64,000 bases of DNA from an uncultured Leifsonia sp. (GTDB lineage: Bacteria > Actinomycetota > Actinomycetes > Actinomycetales > Microbacteriaceae), in the NCBI RefSeq assembly GCF_963518615.1, contig NZ_CAUQKC010000001.1, one strand, 5' to 3'. Under the pieces are notes generated by a model, which was not told where the DNA came from, did not search any database, and worked only from the letters and a program-made list of their open reading frames with translations. Numbering within the stretch: position 1 is the first letter of the stretch; the number at the start of each line of letters is the position of its first letter. Below are positions 10,167 to 18,880 of the stretch, one piece after another. Position numbers and translations under genes: made by a program.

Positions 10167-10790
10167 TTAGCGGGCCGCGTAGTACTCGACGACTAGCTGG
10201 ACGTCACAGGTCACGGGGACCTCGGCGCGCTTCGGGCGGCGCACGAGCACCGCCTGCAGCTTGTCGAGCTCGACCTCGAGGTAGCCCGGGGTCTTCGGCA
10301 GGACGTCGACGTGACCGCCGGCGGCCGCGACCTGGAAGGGCTCGGTGCCCTCGGAGCGGGCCTTGACGCCGATGGTCTGACCCGGCTTCACGCGGAACGA
10401 CGGGCGGTCCACGATCTTGCCGTCGACCAGGATGTGACGGTGCACGACGAACTGGCGGGCCTGCGAGATGGTGCGGGCGAAGCCGGCGCGGAGCACGAGG
10501 GCGTCCAGGCGCATCTCGAGGAGCTCGACCAGGTTCTCACCGGTCAGGCCCTGGGTACGGCGGGCCTCCTCGAACGCGATGCGGAGCTGCTTCTCGAGGA
10601 TGCCGTACTGGGCGCGCAGACGCTGCTTCTCGCGCAGACGAACGGCGTAGTCGGAGTCGGCCTTGCGCTTGGTGCGGCCGTGCTCGCCCGGGGCGTACGG
10701 ACGCTTCTCCATGTAGCGGGCGGCCTTCGGGGTGAGGGCGATGCCCAGTGCGCGAGACTCACGGGTCTTGCTGCGGGAACGTGAAGACAC
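10167..10790 (-). CDS. rpsD: 30S ribosomal protein S4
   Basis: 207 aa. KLREKQRLRAQYGILEKQ, S4 RNA-binding domain. Confidence 0.97.
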   Translation of the reverse strand: MSSRSRSKTRESRALGIALTPKAARYMEKRPYAPGEHGRTKRKADSDYAVRLREKQRLRAQYGILEKQLRIAFEEARRTQGLTGENLVELLEMRLDALVLRAGFARTISQARQFVVHRHILVDGKIVDRPSFRVKPGQTIGVKARSEGTEPFQVAAAGGHVDVLPKTPGYLEVELDKLQAVLVRRPKRAEVPVTCDVQLVVEYYAAR

Positions 10791-10966
10791 GGTTTCCTTT
10801 CGGTTTTCTCTCTATAGGTCGTTGGGGTGCGGGCGCACGCGTGCTTCACATGAACACAGTGCCCGCAGAGAGAGGGATTGTCGCCGTGGACGCCCGGCTA
10901 AAGGGCCATTCCGTCGAATCCGTGTCCCTGGCAGCCGCACCCTGAACACGCATCTAGGCGCATCGA

Positions 10967-10972
10967 TTCTAG
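10967..10972 (-). promoter_or_regulatory. Candidate -10 box (TAGAAT) for rpsD, implying a ~170-nt leader
   Basis: The minus strand reads ctgcTAGAATcg about 175 nt upstream of the rpsD start. The -35 is weak. Confidence 0.3.
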
Positions 10973-10994
10973 CAGAACCTTCGGGTGGGCTCCG

Positions 10995-12335
10995 TCACTC
11001 GCCGCGGACGATCCTGCGCAGCTTCGCCAGCCGCGCGGAAACGTCGCGTTCGTTGCCGTGCTCGGTGGGCGCGTAGTACGTCGTGCCCTTCAGCTCGTCC
11101 GGCAGGTACTGCTGGCGGAGCACGCCGAGGGCGTCGTCGTGCGGGTACTTGTAGCCCTTGCCGTGACCGAGCCGCTTGGCTCCCGGATAGTGCGCATCCC
11201 GCAGGTGCTTGGGCACCCTCCCGATCTTGCCCGCGCGGACGTCGGCGATCGCCGCATCCAGCGCCATGTACGCGGCGTTCGACTTGGGAGCCGTCGCGAG
11301 GTGGACGACCGCCTGCGCGAGCGGGATGCGCCCCTCCGGCATCCCGATGTACTGCACGGCGTCCGCGGCGGCGATCGCGACGACGAGCGCCTGCGGATCG
11401 GCCATCCCGATGTCTTCGGACGCGGAGACGATGATCCGGCGCGCGATGAACCGCGGGTCCTCCCCCGCCTCGATCATCCTGGCCAGGTAGTGCAGCGCAG
11501 CGTCGACGTCCGACCCGCGCACCGACTTGATGAACGCGCTGATCACGTCGTAGTGCTCGTCGCCGTTGCGGTCGTAGCGCAGCAGCGCCCTGTCCACCGC
11601 CTGCGCCACCAGCTCCGCCGTGATCACGGGCTTCTTCTTGGACGTCGCCGGCGTCGACGACGCGGCGGTCACCGAAGCCGCCTCCAGCGCGGTGAGCGCA
11701 CGGCGCGCATCCCCGGACGCCAGGCGGATGAGCGCGGCGCGGGCCTCGTCGTCCAGCGTGTACTGGCCGCCGAGCCCCCGCTCGTCCGTCACCGCGCGGT
11801 CGATGACGACGCCGAGGTCGTCGTCGCTCAGGGTCTCCAGCGTCAGCAGCAGGGAACGGGACAGGAGCGGCGAGATGACGGAGAAGGACGGGTTCTCGGT
11901 CGTCGCGGCGACCAGGATCACCCAGCCGTTCTCGACACCGGGAAGCAGCGCGTCCTGCTGCGCCTTGGTGAAGCGGTGTATCTCGTCGAGGAAGAGCACG
12001 GTCGAGACGCCGTAGAGGTCGCGCGTGGAGAGCGCCTCCTCCATCACCAGCCGGACGTCCTTGACGCCGGCGGTCACCGCCGACAGCTCGACGAAGCGCC
12101 GGCCGGACGAGTGCGCGATGGCCTGCGCGAGCGTGGTCTTGCCCGTGCCGGGCGGCCCCCAGAGGATCACGGACACCGAGCCGGACTGCCCCTCCTTGTC
12201 GGAGGCGAGCGCGACGAGCGGGGATCCTGGACGCAGCAGGTGCCGCTGACCGGCGACCTCGTCGAGGGACTTCGGCCGCATGCGCACGGCGAGAGGCGTC
12301 GCTCCCGTCCGGAGCCCAGGCTGCACATCGACCAC
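10995..12335 (-). CDS. rarA: Replication-associated recombination protein A (AAA+ ATPase MgsA/RarA)
   Basis: 446 aa. Walker [12 protein letters not shown], Walker [10 protein letters not shown], MgsA C-terminal domain ([27 protein letters not shown]). Confidence 0.93.
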   Translation of the reverse strand: MVDVQPGLRTGATPLAVRMRPKSLDEVAGQRHLLRPGSPLVALASDKEGQSGSVSVILWGPPGTGKTTLAQAIAHSSGRRFVELSAVTAGVKDVRLVMEEALSTRDLYGVSTVLFLDEIHRFTKAQQDALLPGVENGWVILVAATTENPSFSVISPLLSRSLLLTLETLSDDDLGVVIDRAVTDERGLGGQYTLDDEARAALIRLASGDARRALTALEAASVTAASSTPATSKKKPVITAELVAQAVDRALLRYDRNGDEHYDVISAFIKSVRGSDVDAALHYLARMIEAGEDPRFIARRIIVSASEDIGMADPQALVVAIAAADAVQYIGMPEGRIPLAQAVVHLATAPKSNAAYMALDAAIADVRAGKIGRVPKHLRDAHYPGAKRLGHGKGYKYPHDDALGVLRQQYLPDELKGTTYYAPTEHGNERDVSARLAKLRRIVRGE

Positions 12336-12458
12336 CAGACAAGGCTAGTCGCTCCCTCCGACACCGCCTCCCCTCGCGGCGGTTTGGACTCCATAGGAGC
12401 GCCGGATAAGGTTCGATCCAGCAGATTCCCCGCTCGACGGCGCCCCCGGAGGAAACAC

Positions 12459-13229
12459 GTGGCACCCAGCAAGCAGAACGACCGCGACGCGCGACAGGCC
12501 CGCGAACGCCTTCGGGCGTACCAGGCCAGGCAGACGGTGCACGAGGAGAAGACGAAGCGCCGCAAGCGCGACAACTGGATCGCCGGCATCGCCGTCGTCG
12601 TCATCGTCGGGCTCGCCATCGGAACGCAGCTGCTCTACTTCGCGAAGCCCGGTCCCGCCAGCGCGACCGCATCGCCGTCGCCCTCCGCCTCCGCCGCGCT
12701 GTCCCTCCCGTCGAAGTCCCTCGCCGAGGACCGCACCTGGACGGGCACCATGACGATCAACGGCATCCCGCTCGGCGTCTCGCTGGACGGCGCGAAGGCC
12801 CCGCAGGCGGTCTCGAGCACCGTGTACCTCACGCAGAAGAAGTTCTACGACGGCCTGAGCTGCCACCGGCTGACCAACGGCGGCTTCTACGTCCTCCAGT
12901 GCGGCGACCCCGAGGGCACGGGAAACGGCGGGCCGGGATACGAGTACGGCCCGATCGAAAACGCGCCGAGCGACGACAAGTATCCCGCGGGCACGATCGC
13001 GATGGCCCGCCAGGGCAACAACGCCGAGAGCCAGGGCAGCCAGTTCTTCATCGTCTACAAGGACACGACGATCGGCCACGACGACGCCGGCGGCTACACG
13101 GTCATCGGGAAGGTGACGAGCGGCCTCGACACGCTCGTGAAGCAGGTCGCGGACAAGGGCGTGAAGGGCGGAGGCACGGACGGCACGCCCGCCGTGGCGA
13201 CGAAGATCGACGCCTTCACGCTGCAGTGA
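12459..13229 (+). CDS. Membrane-anchored peptidyl-prolyl cis-trans isomerase (cyclophilin type)
   Basis: GTG at 12459 follows GGAGGA. 256 aa with a TM helix WIAGIAVVVIVGLAIGTQLLYF and a cyclophilin core (FYDGLSCHRL...GTIAMARQGNNAESQGSQFFIVY). The upstream part of the 11058..13229 ORF is a shadow of rarA. Confidence 0.88.
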   Translation: MAPSKQNDRDARQARERLRAYQARQTVHEEKTKRRKRDNWIAGIAVVVIVGLAIGTQLLYFAKPGPASATASPSPSASAALSLPSKSLAEDRTWTGTMTINGIPLGVSLDGAKAPQAVSSTVYLTQKKFYDGLSCHRLTNGGFYVLQCGDPEGTGNGGPGYEYGPIENAPSDDKYPAGTIAMARQGNNAESQGSQFFIVYKDTTIGHDDAGGYTVIGKVTSGLDTLVKQVADKGVKGGGTDGTPAVATKIDAFTLQ

Positions 13230-13276
13230 CGCGGCGCGTGCAATAGGCTTTTCCCAATCCCGGCACCGCAAGCAAG

Positions 13277-14515
13277 GTGAGGCTCTTGGCTACTTCTGAA
13301 CAGCACCCCTGGGGTCGCGTCGACGAGACCGGCACCGTGTACGTCCGCGAGGGCGACGGCGAACGCGTCGTCGGCGAGTACCCGGACGGCACAGCGGAGG
13401 AGGCTCTGGCCTACTTCGAGCGCAAGTACACGGACCTCGCCGGTCAGGTCGGTCTGCTCGAACAGCGCGCGCGTCGCGGCGCCCCCGCGAACGATGTCGC
13501 CAAGTCGGTCGCGAACCTCCGCACCGCGGTGGAGGGTGCGAACGCCGTCGGCGACCTCGCGTCCCTGCTCACCCGGCTGGACGCGCTCGGCGGGACGGTC
13601 GAGGAGCTGACCGAGCAGCAGAGCGCCGAGGCCAAGGCCGCCGTCGAGAACGCGATCGCCGAACGCACCGCCATCGTCGAGGAGGCGGAGGCGCTCGCGG
13701 CCCAGGACCCCGAGCGCACGCAGTGGAAGCAGACGACGTCCGCGCTGGACGCGTTGTTCGCCCGCTGGCAGGCGCACCAGCACGACGGTCCCCGGCTGCC
13801 CAAGAACGAGGCGAACGAGCTCTGGAAGCGCTTCCGCGCAGCCCGCTCGACCATCGAGCACAACCGCAAGGCGTTCTTCGCCGAGCTCGACAGCCAGCAC
13901 CGGGACGTCCGCTCCCGCAAGAACGCGCTCATCGAGCAGGCCGAGCGGCTGATCCCGCTGGGTGCAGACGGCGTCCCGGAGTACCGGCGGCTGCTCGACC
14001 AGTGGAAGCTCGCCGGTCGCGCCGGCAAGAAGAACGACGACGCGCTCTGGGCGCGGTTCAAGGCCGCTGGCGACGCGATCTACGCGGCGAAGGCCGAGGT
14101 CGACGCCCGCGACAACGTCGAGTACGAGGCCAACCTGCAGCTGAAGCTCCAGCTTCTCGAGGAGGCCGAGCCGCTGCTGAAGGAGAAGGACCGCGAGACC
14201 GCGCGCGCCGCCCTGCTCTCCATCCAGGAGCGCTGGGACGCGATCGGCCGTGTCCCGCGCGACCAGGTGCGCCCCATCGAGGACCGGCTGCGCAAGGTGG
14301 AGGCCGCCGTGCGCCGGCTCGACGAGGAGCACTGGGAGAAGAACGATCCCGAGAAGAAGGCCCGCTCCGAGGGCCTCGCCAGCCAGCTGAACGCGGCGAT
14401 CGCCAAGCTCGAGCAGGAGCTGGCGGACGCGCAGGCGAGCGGGGACGCGGCGAAGGTCAAGGCGGCCCAGGAGGCGCTCGACGCCCGTAAGATCTGGCTC
14501 GACGCTCTGAAGTAA
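13277..14515 (+). CDS. DUF349 domain-containing protein
   Basis: 412 aa. N-terminal HPWGRVDETGTVYVREGDGERVVGEYPDG, then repeated helical KRF/WARFKAA DUF349 units. Start is GTG 13277 or TTG 13286. Confidence 0.8.
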   Translation: MRLLATSEQHPWGRVDETGTVYVREGDGERVVGEYPDGTAEEALAYFERKYTDLAGQVGLLEQRARRGAPANDVAKSVANLRTAVEGANAVGDLASLLTRLDALGGTVEELTEQQSAEAKAAVENAIAERTAIVEEAEALAAQDPERTQWKQTTSALDALFARWQAHQHDGPRLPKNEANELWKRFRAARSTIEHNRKAFFAELDSQHRDVRSRKNALIEQAERLIPLGADGVPEYRRLLDQWKLAGRAGKKNDDALWARFKAAGDAIYAAKAEVDARDNVEYEANLQLKLQLLEEAEPLLKEKDRETARAALLSIQERWDAIGRVPRDQVRPIEDRLRKVEAAVRRLDEEHWEKNDPEKKARSEGLASQLNAAIAKLEQELADAQASGDAAKVKAAQEALDARKIWLDALK

Positions 14516-14579
14516 CCCTTCTCCACAGCCCGGGCGCCGCCACGGACTCTCCACCGATTCCGGCGGCGGCCGCCCTGCC

Positions 14580-15158
14580 GTGCCGCCCCCAGGCGATGCT
14601 GGGGGCATGACGACAGCGACTCCCCCGCTCCTGGACAGGAGCGTCATGCCCATCGCCGAGCTCTTCGCGCTCGTGCTCGACGGTCAGGTGTTCCGCCTCG
14701 GCGACGCCTTCGCGCCGCTCGACCTTCCCGACTCGCCTGCGCTGAGGGCGCGCGCCTTCGCCGCGCTGGGCGCCGGACCCGCCATCGCCGATCGCGGCAG
14801 CGCGGCATGGATCCACGGCACGCGGTCCTCTCCCCCGCTGCGGCCGCAGGTGTGCATCGACCCCGACCGCCGGGGGCGGCTCCCGAGCGGGATCGACGCC
14901 CACCAGCACGACCTCGCCGCGGGCGACATCGTCGAGCTCGACGGCGTCCGCGTCACCTCACCGCTTCGCACGGCGGGCGACCTGCTCCTCACGGCGCGGA
15001 CCTTCGGGCGGGACGACGCCGACGAAGTGCGTCGGCTGCTCGCGATGTGCGGAGCGGACGCGGGCGTCCTCCGGGCGAGGCTCGCCGGCTCGCGGCGCAA
15101 CGGCGCGGCCAGGGCGATCCGCCGCCTCGACATCGTCGCCGAGGCGGTGGCCCCGTGA
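14580..15158 (+). CDS. Hypothetical protein, AbiEi-antitoxin-like domain (tentative)
   Basis: 192 aa. The segment AIADRGSAAWIHGTRSSPPLRPQVCIDPDRRGRLPSGIDAHQHDLAAGDIVELDGVRVTSPLRTAGDLLL resembles the central region of AbiEi-family proteins. The start is uncertain (14580 or 14607). Confidence 0.5.
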   Translation: MPPPGDAGGMTTATPPLLDRSVMPIAELFALVLDGQVFRLGDAFAPLDLPDSPALRARAFAALGAGPAIADRGSAAWIHGTRSSPPLRPQVCIDPDRRGRLPSGIDAHQHDLAAGDIVELDGVRVTSPLRTAGDLLLTARTFGRDDADEVRRLLAMCGADAGVLRARLAGSRRNGAARAIRRLDIVAEAVAP

Positions 15159-15166
15159 ACGCGCCG

Positions 15167-17416
15167 TCAGCCGCCGCTGACGCGGTAGACGTCGTAGACG
15201 GCGTCGATGCGCCGCACCGCATTGAGCACGCGGTCGAGGTGCGTGGTGTCGCCCATCTCGAACACGAACCGGCTGAGCGCCAGCCGGTCGCTCGAGGTGG
15301 TGACCGTCGCCGAGAGGATGTTCACGTGGTGCTCCGAGAGCACCCGCGTCACGTCGGAGAGCAGCCCCGAGCGGTCGAGCGCCTCCACCTGGATCTGCAC
15401 CAGGAACACGCTCTTCGAGCTCGGCGCCCACTCGACGTCGATCATCCGGTCCGGCTCCTGCAGCAGCGACTGCACGTTGTGGCAGCTCGCCTGGTGCACC
15501 GAGACGCCCTGGCCGCGGGTCACGAAGCCGACGATCGGGTCGCCGGGCACGGGCGTGCAGCACTTCGCGAGCTTCACGAGGATGTCGGGCGCACCGCGCA
15601 CGAGCACGCCCGAATCGCTGTTCCGCAGCTGCTTCGCGCGCCCCTTGACGGGGATGTCCAGCTCCCCGTCGGACTCGACCTCGCTCTGCAGCGACGCCAC
15701 GATCTTCTCGATCACCGACTGCGTGGAGATGTGACCCTCGCCGACCGCAGCGTACAGCGACGACACGTCCGGGTGCTTGAGCGAGGAGGCGACCTCGACC
15801 AGCGCGTCCTGCGTCATCAGCTTCTGCAGCGGCAGGTTCTGCTTGCGCATCGCCCGCGCGATCGCGTCCTTGCCCTGCTCGATCGCCTCGTCGCGGCGCT
15901 CCTTGGTGAACCACTGCCGGATCTTGTTGCGCGCCCGCGGGCTCTTGACGAAGTTCAGCCAGTCCTGGCTGGGCCCGGAGTCGGGATTCTTCGACGTGAA
16001 GATCTCGACGACATCGCCGGTGGCGAGCGTGCTCTCCAGCGGCACCAGCCGGCCGTTCACCTTCGCGCCCATCGTGCGGTGGCCCACCTCGGTGTGCACC
16101 GCGTACGCGAAGTCCACCGGAGTCGCGCCGGCAGGAAGGCCGATGACGCGCCCCTTCGGCGTGAAGACGTACACCTCCTTCGCCCCGATCTCGAAGCGCA
16201 GCGAGTCGAGGAACTCGGACGGGTCGGCCGTCTCCGCCTGCCAGTCCGAGATGTGCGCGAGCCAGGCGAGGTCGGTGTCGACCTTGGACGGGGCCCCGGC
16301 GCTCTTGCCGGTGGTCTGCTCCTTGTACTTCCAGTGCGCCGCGACACCGAACTCCGCCCGCTGGTGCATCTCCTCGGTGCGGATCTGGATCTCGACCGGG
16401 CGGCCCTGCGGACCGATCACGGTGGTGTGCAGCGACTGGTAGAGGTTGAACTTCGGGGTGGCGATGTAGTCCTTGAACCGGCCCGGCATGGGCGTCCACC
16501 GCGCGTGGATCTGGCCGAGGACCGCGTAGCAGTCGCGCACCGTGGTGACGAGCACGCGGATGCCGACCAGGTCGTAGATGTCGTCGAACTCGCGACCCCG
16601 CACCACCATCTTCTGGTAGATCGAGTAGTACTGCTTGGGTCGACCGACCACCTTGCCGCGGATCTTCGCCGACTTGAGGTCCTCGTTGATCGCGGCGATC
16701 ACCTGCTGCACCAGCCGCTCCCGCTCCGGCGTGCGCTGCTTGACCAGGCTCTCGATCTCCGCGTACAGCTTGGGGTAGAGCACGGCGAAGGACAGGTCCT
16801 CCAGCTCCCACTTGATGGCCTGGATGCCGAGCCGGTGCGCGAGCGGGGCGTAGATCTCGAGGGTCTCGGTCGCCTTCCTGGCCGCGTTGGCGGCCGGGAC
16901 GAAGCCCCAGGTGCGGGCATTGTGCAGCCGATCGGCGAGCTTGATGATCAGCACGCGGATGTCCTTGGACATCGCGACGATCATCTTGCGCACGGTCTCG
17001 GCCTGCGCGCTGTCGCCGTACTTCACCTTGTCCAGCTTGGTGACGCCGTCGACCAGCATGGCGATCTCGTCGCCGAACTGGTCGCGGAGCTCGTCCAGCG
17101 TGTACTCGGTGTCCTCGACCGTGTCGTGCAGCAGCGCGGCAGCGATCGTCTTCGCCCCGATCCCGAGGTCGGCGATGATCTGCGCGACCGCGACCGGGTG
17201 CGTGATGTATGGCTCGCCGGAGCGGCGCTTCTGGCCGCTGTGCGCGCGCTCGGCGACCGCGTAGGCGCGCTCGATCAGCGACAGGTCGGCCTTCGGGTGG
17301 TGCATGCGCACCGTGCGGATGAGCGTGTCGACCGCTCCGGCGGGCTGAGCGCGGGAGAAGATCCGGGGAACGAGGCGGCGCAGCGAAGCGGACTGCGGTG
17401 TCGAAGTATCAACCAT
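15167..17416 (-). CDS. relA: Bifunctional (p)ppGpp synthetase/hydrolase RelA/SpoT
   Basis: 749 aa. HD hydrolase (HDTVEDT), synthetase domain (YQSLHTTV), TGS and C-terminal ACT regions. Confidence 0.97.
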   Translation of the reverse strand: MVDTSTPQSASLRRLVPRIFSRAQPAGAVDTLIRTVRMHHPKADLSLIERAYAVAERAHSGQKRRSGEPYITHPVAVAQIIADLGIGAKTIAAALLHDTVEDTEYTLDELRDQFGDEIAMLVDGVTKLDKVKYGDSAQAETVRKMIVAMSKDIRVLIIKLADRLHNARTWGFVPAANAARKATETLEIYAPLAHRLGIQAIKWELEDLSFAVLYPKLYAEIESLVKQRTPERERLVQQVIAAINEDLKSAKIRGKVVGRPKQYYSIYQKMVVRGREFDDIYDLVGIRVLVTTVRDCYAVLGQIHARWTPMPGRFKDYIATPKFNLYQSLHTTVIGPQGRPVEIQIRTEEMHQRAEFGVAAHWKYKEQTTGKSAGAPSKVDTDLAWLAHISDWQAETADPSEFLDSLRFEIGAKEVYVFTPKGRVIGLPAGATPVDFAYAVHTEVGHRTMGAKVNGRLVPLESTLATGDVVEIFTSKNPDSGPSQDWLNFVKSPRARNKIRQWFTKERRDEAIEQGKDAIARAMRKQNLPLQKLMTQDALVEVASSLKHPDVSSLYAAVGEGHISTQSVIEKIVASLQSEVESDGELDIPVKGRAKQLRNSDSGVLVRGAPDILVKLAKCCTPVPGDPIVGFVTRGQGVSVHQASCHNVQSLLQEPDRMIDVEWAPSSKSVFLVQIQVEALDRSGLLSDVTRVLSEHHVNILSATVTTSSDRLALSRFVFEMGDTTHLDRVLNAVRRIDAVYDVYRVSGG

Positions 17417-17488
17417 GTGCGCGCCTCCTATCGTCCATTATCGCCGGTCCGGATGCTGCTCCCTGCACGGGGGCAGCAGCGGGACCCG

Positions 17489-17842
17489 TCAGACGACCGC
17501 CCCCGGCGATCCGTCGGACCGGGTCACGGGGGCACCGGACGCCTGCCAGGCGTCCATGCCGCCGGCCACGTTGGCCGCAGGGTAATCGGCGCGGTTCAGG
17601 GCATCGGTGACCATCCGCGAGCGAGCGCCGGTGTGGCAGATCACCAGGATCTGCTCGCTCTCCGGCAGCTCGTGCTGTCGTGCCTCGAGCTCCGAGAGCG
17701 GAATGTGATGGGCAGCCGGGGCGTGTCCGGCATCCCACTCGTAGCCCTCGCGGACATCGAGCAGCCACGCCGAACCCGACTCGACGAGCTCATGCGCACG
17801 GGCGGCGCTCACCTCGTCTTCCGAGAGATAAGAACCGCCCAC
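17489..17842 (-). CDS. Single-domain rhodanese-like sulfurtransferase
   Basis: 117 aa. Active-site loop ILVICHTGARS. Confidence 0.85.
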   Translation of the reverse strand: MGGSYLSEDEVSAARAHELVESGSAWLLDVREGYEWDAGHAPAAHHIPLSELEARQHELPESEQILVICHTGARSRMVTDALNRADYPAANVAGGMDAWQASGAPVTRSDGSPGAVV

Positions 17843-17863
17843 GCGTCCTCGCTATTCCGCCGG

Positions 17864-18880
17864 CTACTCGGCGCCGACCGCGGCGACCGGCGGCTTGGCG
17901 GCCTTGGGACGGATCGAGCGCACCTTCTGGTCGTGCTTCTTGATCGCGGCCTCGCCCTCGCGGAACTGCGAGTACATGGGCGCGGCCAGGAAGATCGTCG
18001 AGTAGGTGCCGACGATGATGCCGATCAGCAGCGCGAGCGAGATGTCGCGCAGCGTTGCGGCTCCGAGGGCGTACGCACCGATGAAGAGGATCGACGCCAC
18101 CGGGAGGACAGCGACGACGGCGGTGTTGATCGAGCGCACGAGCGTCTGGTTCACTGCCAGGTTCACCGACTCGGCGAAGGTGCGCCTGGTCAGATCCAGC
18201 TCCTCCCTGGTGTTCTCGCGGATCTTGTCGAACACCACGACGGTGTCGTAGAGCGAGTAGCCGAGGATGGTCAGGAAGCCGATCATCGTCGCCGGCGAGA
18301 CCTCGAAGCCGACCAGGGCGTAGATGCCGGCGGTGATGATCAGGTCGTGGAACAGCGAGATGATCGCCGCCGCCGACATCTTCCAGGTGCGGAAGTACAG
18401 CGCCATCGCGATGAACGCGAGGAGCAGGAACACCACGAGGCCCTGGATCGACTGCTGCGTCACGTCGGCGCCCCACGAGGGACCGATGAACGTCGAGGAC
18501 ACATCGGCGGCGTCGACGCCGTAGGCGGTGGCCAGTGCGTCCGCGACCTCCTTGGTCTGCGACTCGGAGAGCTGGTCGGTCTGCACCTGCACGGCGTCAC
18601 GGCCGACGACGCTGACGTGCGAGACGGCGTCGGGGACGACGCTCGTGACGGCGTCCTGCGCCTTCGTCGTGTTCGTGTTCGAGACGTTCGTGATCTGGAA
18701 CTGCGAACCGCCGCGGAACTCGATCGAGAAGTTGAAGCCGCCCTTGACGATCGGCACGAGGATCGAGAGCACGACCATGACGATCGCGATGGCGTACCAG
18801 ATCTTCCGCTTGCCGACGAAGTCGAACGAGCGGGCACCGGTGTAGAGGTCGTTGCCGAACCTGGTGAGACGGCTGGCCAT
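17864..18880 (-). CDS. secF: Protein translocase subunit SecF
   Basis: 338 aa, multi-TM, SecD/SecF family. 1-nt stop/start overlap with secD. Confidence 0.95.
   Translation of the reverse strand: MASRLTRFGNDLYTGARSFDFVGKRKIWYAIAIVMVVLSILVPIVKGGFNFSIEFRGGSQFQITNVSNTNTTKAQDAVTSVVPDAVSHVSVVGRDAVQVQTDQLSESQTKEVADALATAYGVDAADVSSTFIGPSWGADVTQQSIQGLVVFLLLAFIAMALYFRTWKMSAAAIISLFHDLIITAGIYALVGFEVSPATMIGFLTILGYSLYDTVVVFDKIRENTREELDLTRRTFAESVNLAVNQTLVRSINTAVVAVLPVASILFIGAYALGAATLRDISLALLIGIIVGTYSTIFLAAPMYSQFREGEAAIKKHDQKVRSIRPKAAKPPVAAVGAE

Noticed and set aside
10900-10925. ggattcgacgg string reminiscent of the tmRNA 5' end.
   Set aside because: It is an isolated 11-mer within the rpsD leader. No tRNA-like acceptor pairing, tag reading frame or 3' TψC/CCA end is nearby.
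14580-17416. The AbiEi-like ORF and RelA as a functional antitoxin/nucleotidyltransferase pair.
   Set aside because: The genes are convergent, and relA is the full-length housekeeping Rel with HD, TGS and ACT domains in its conserved syntenic position. The adjacency is most simply coincidental.
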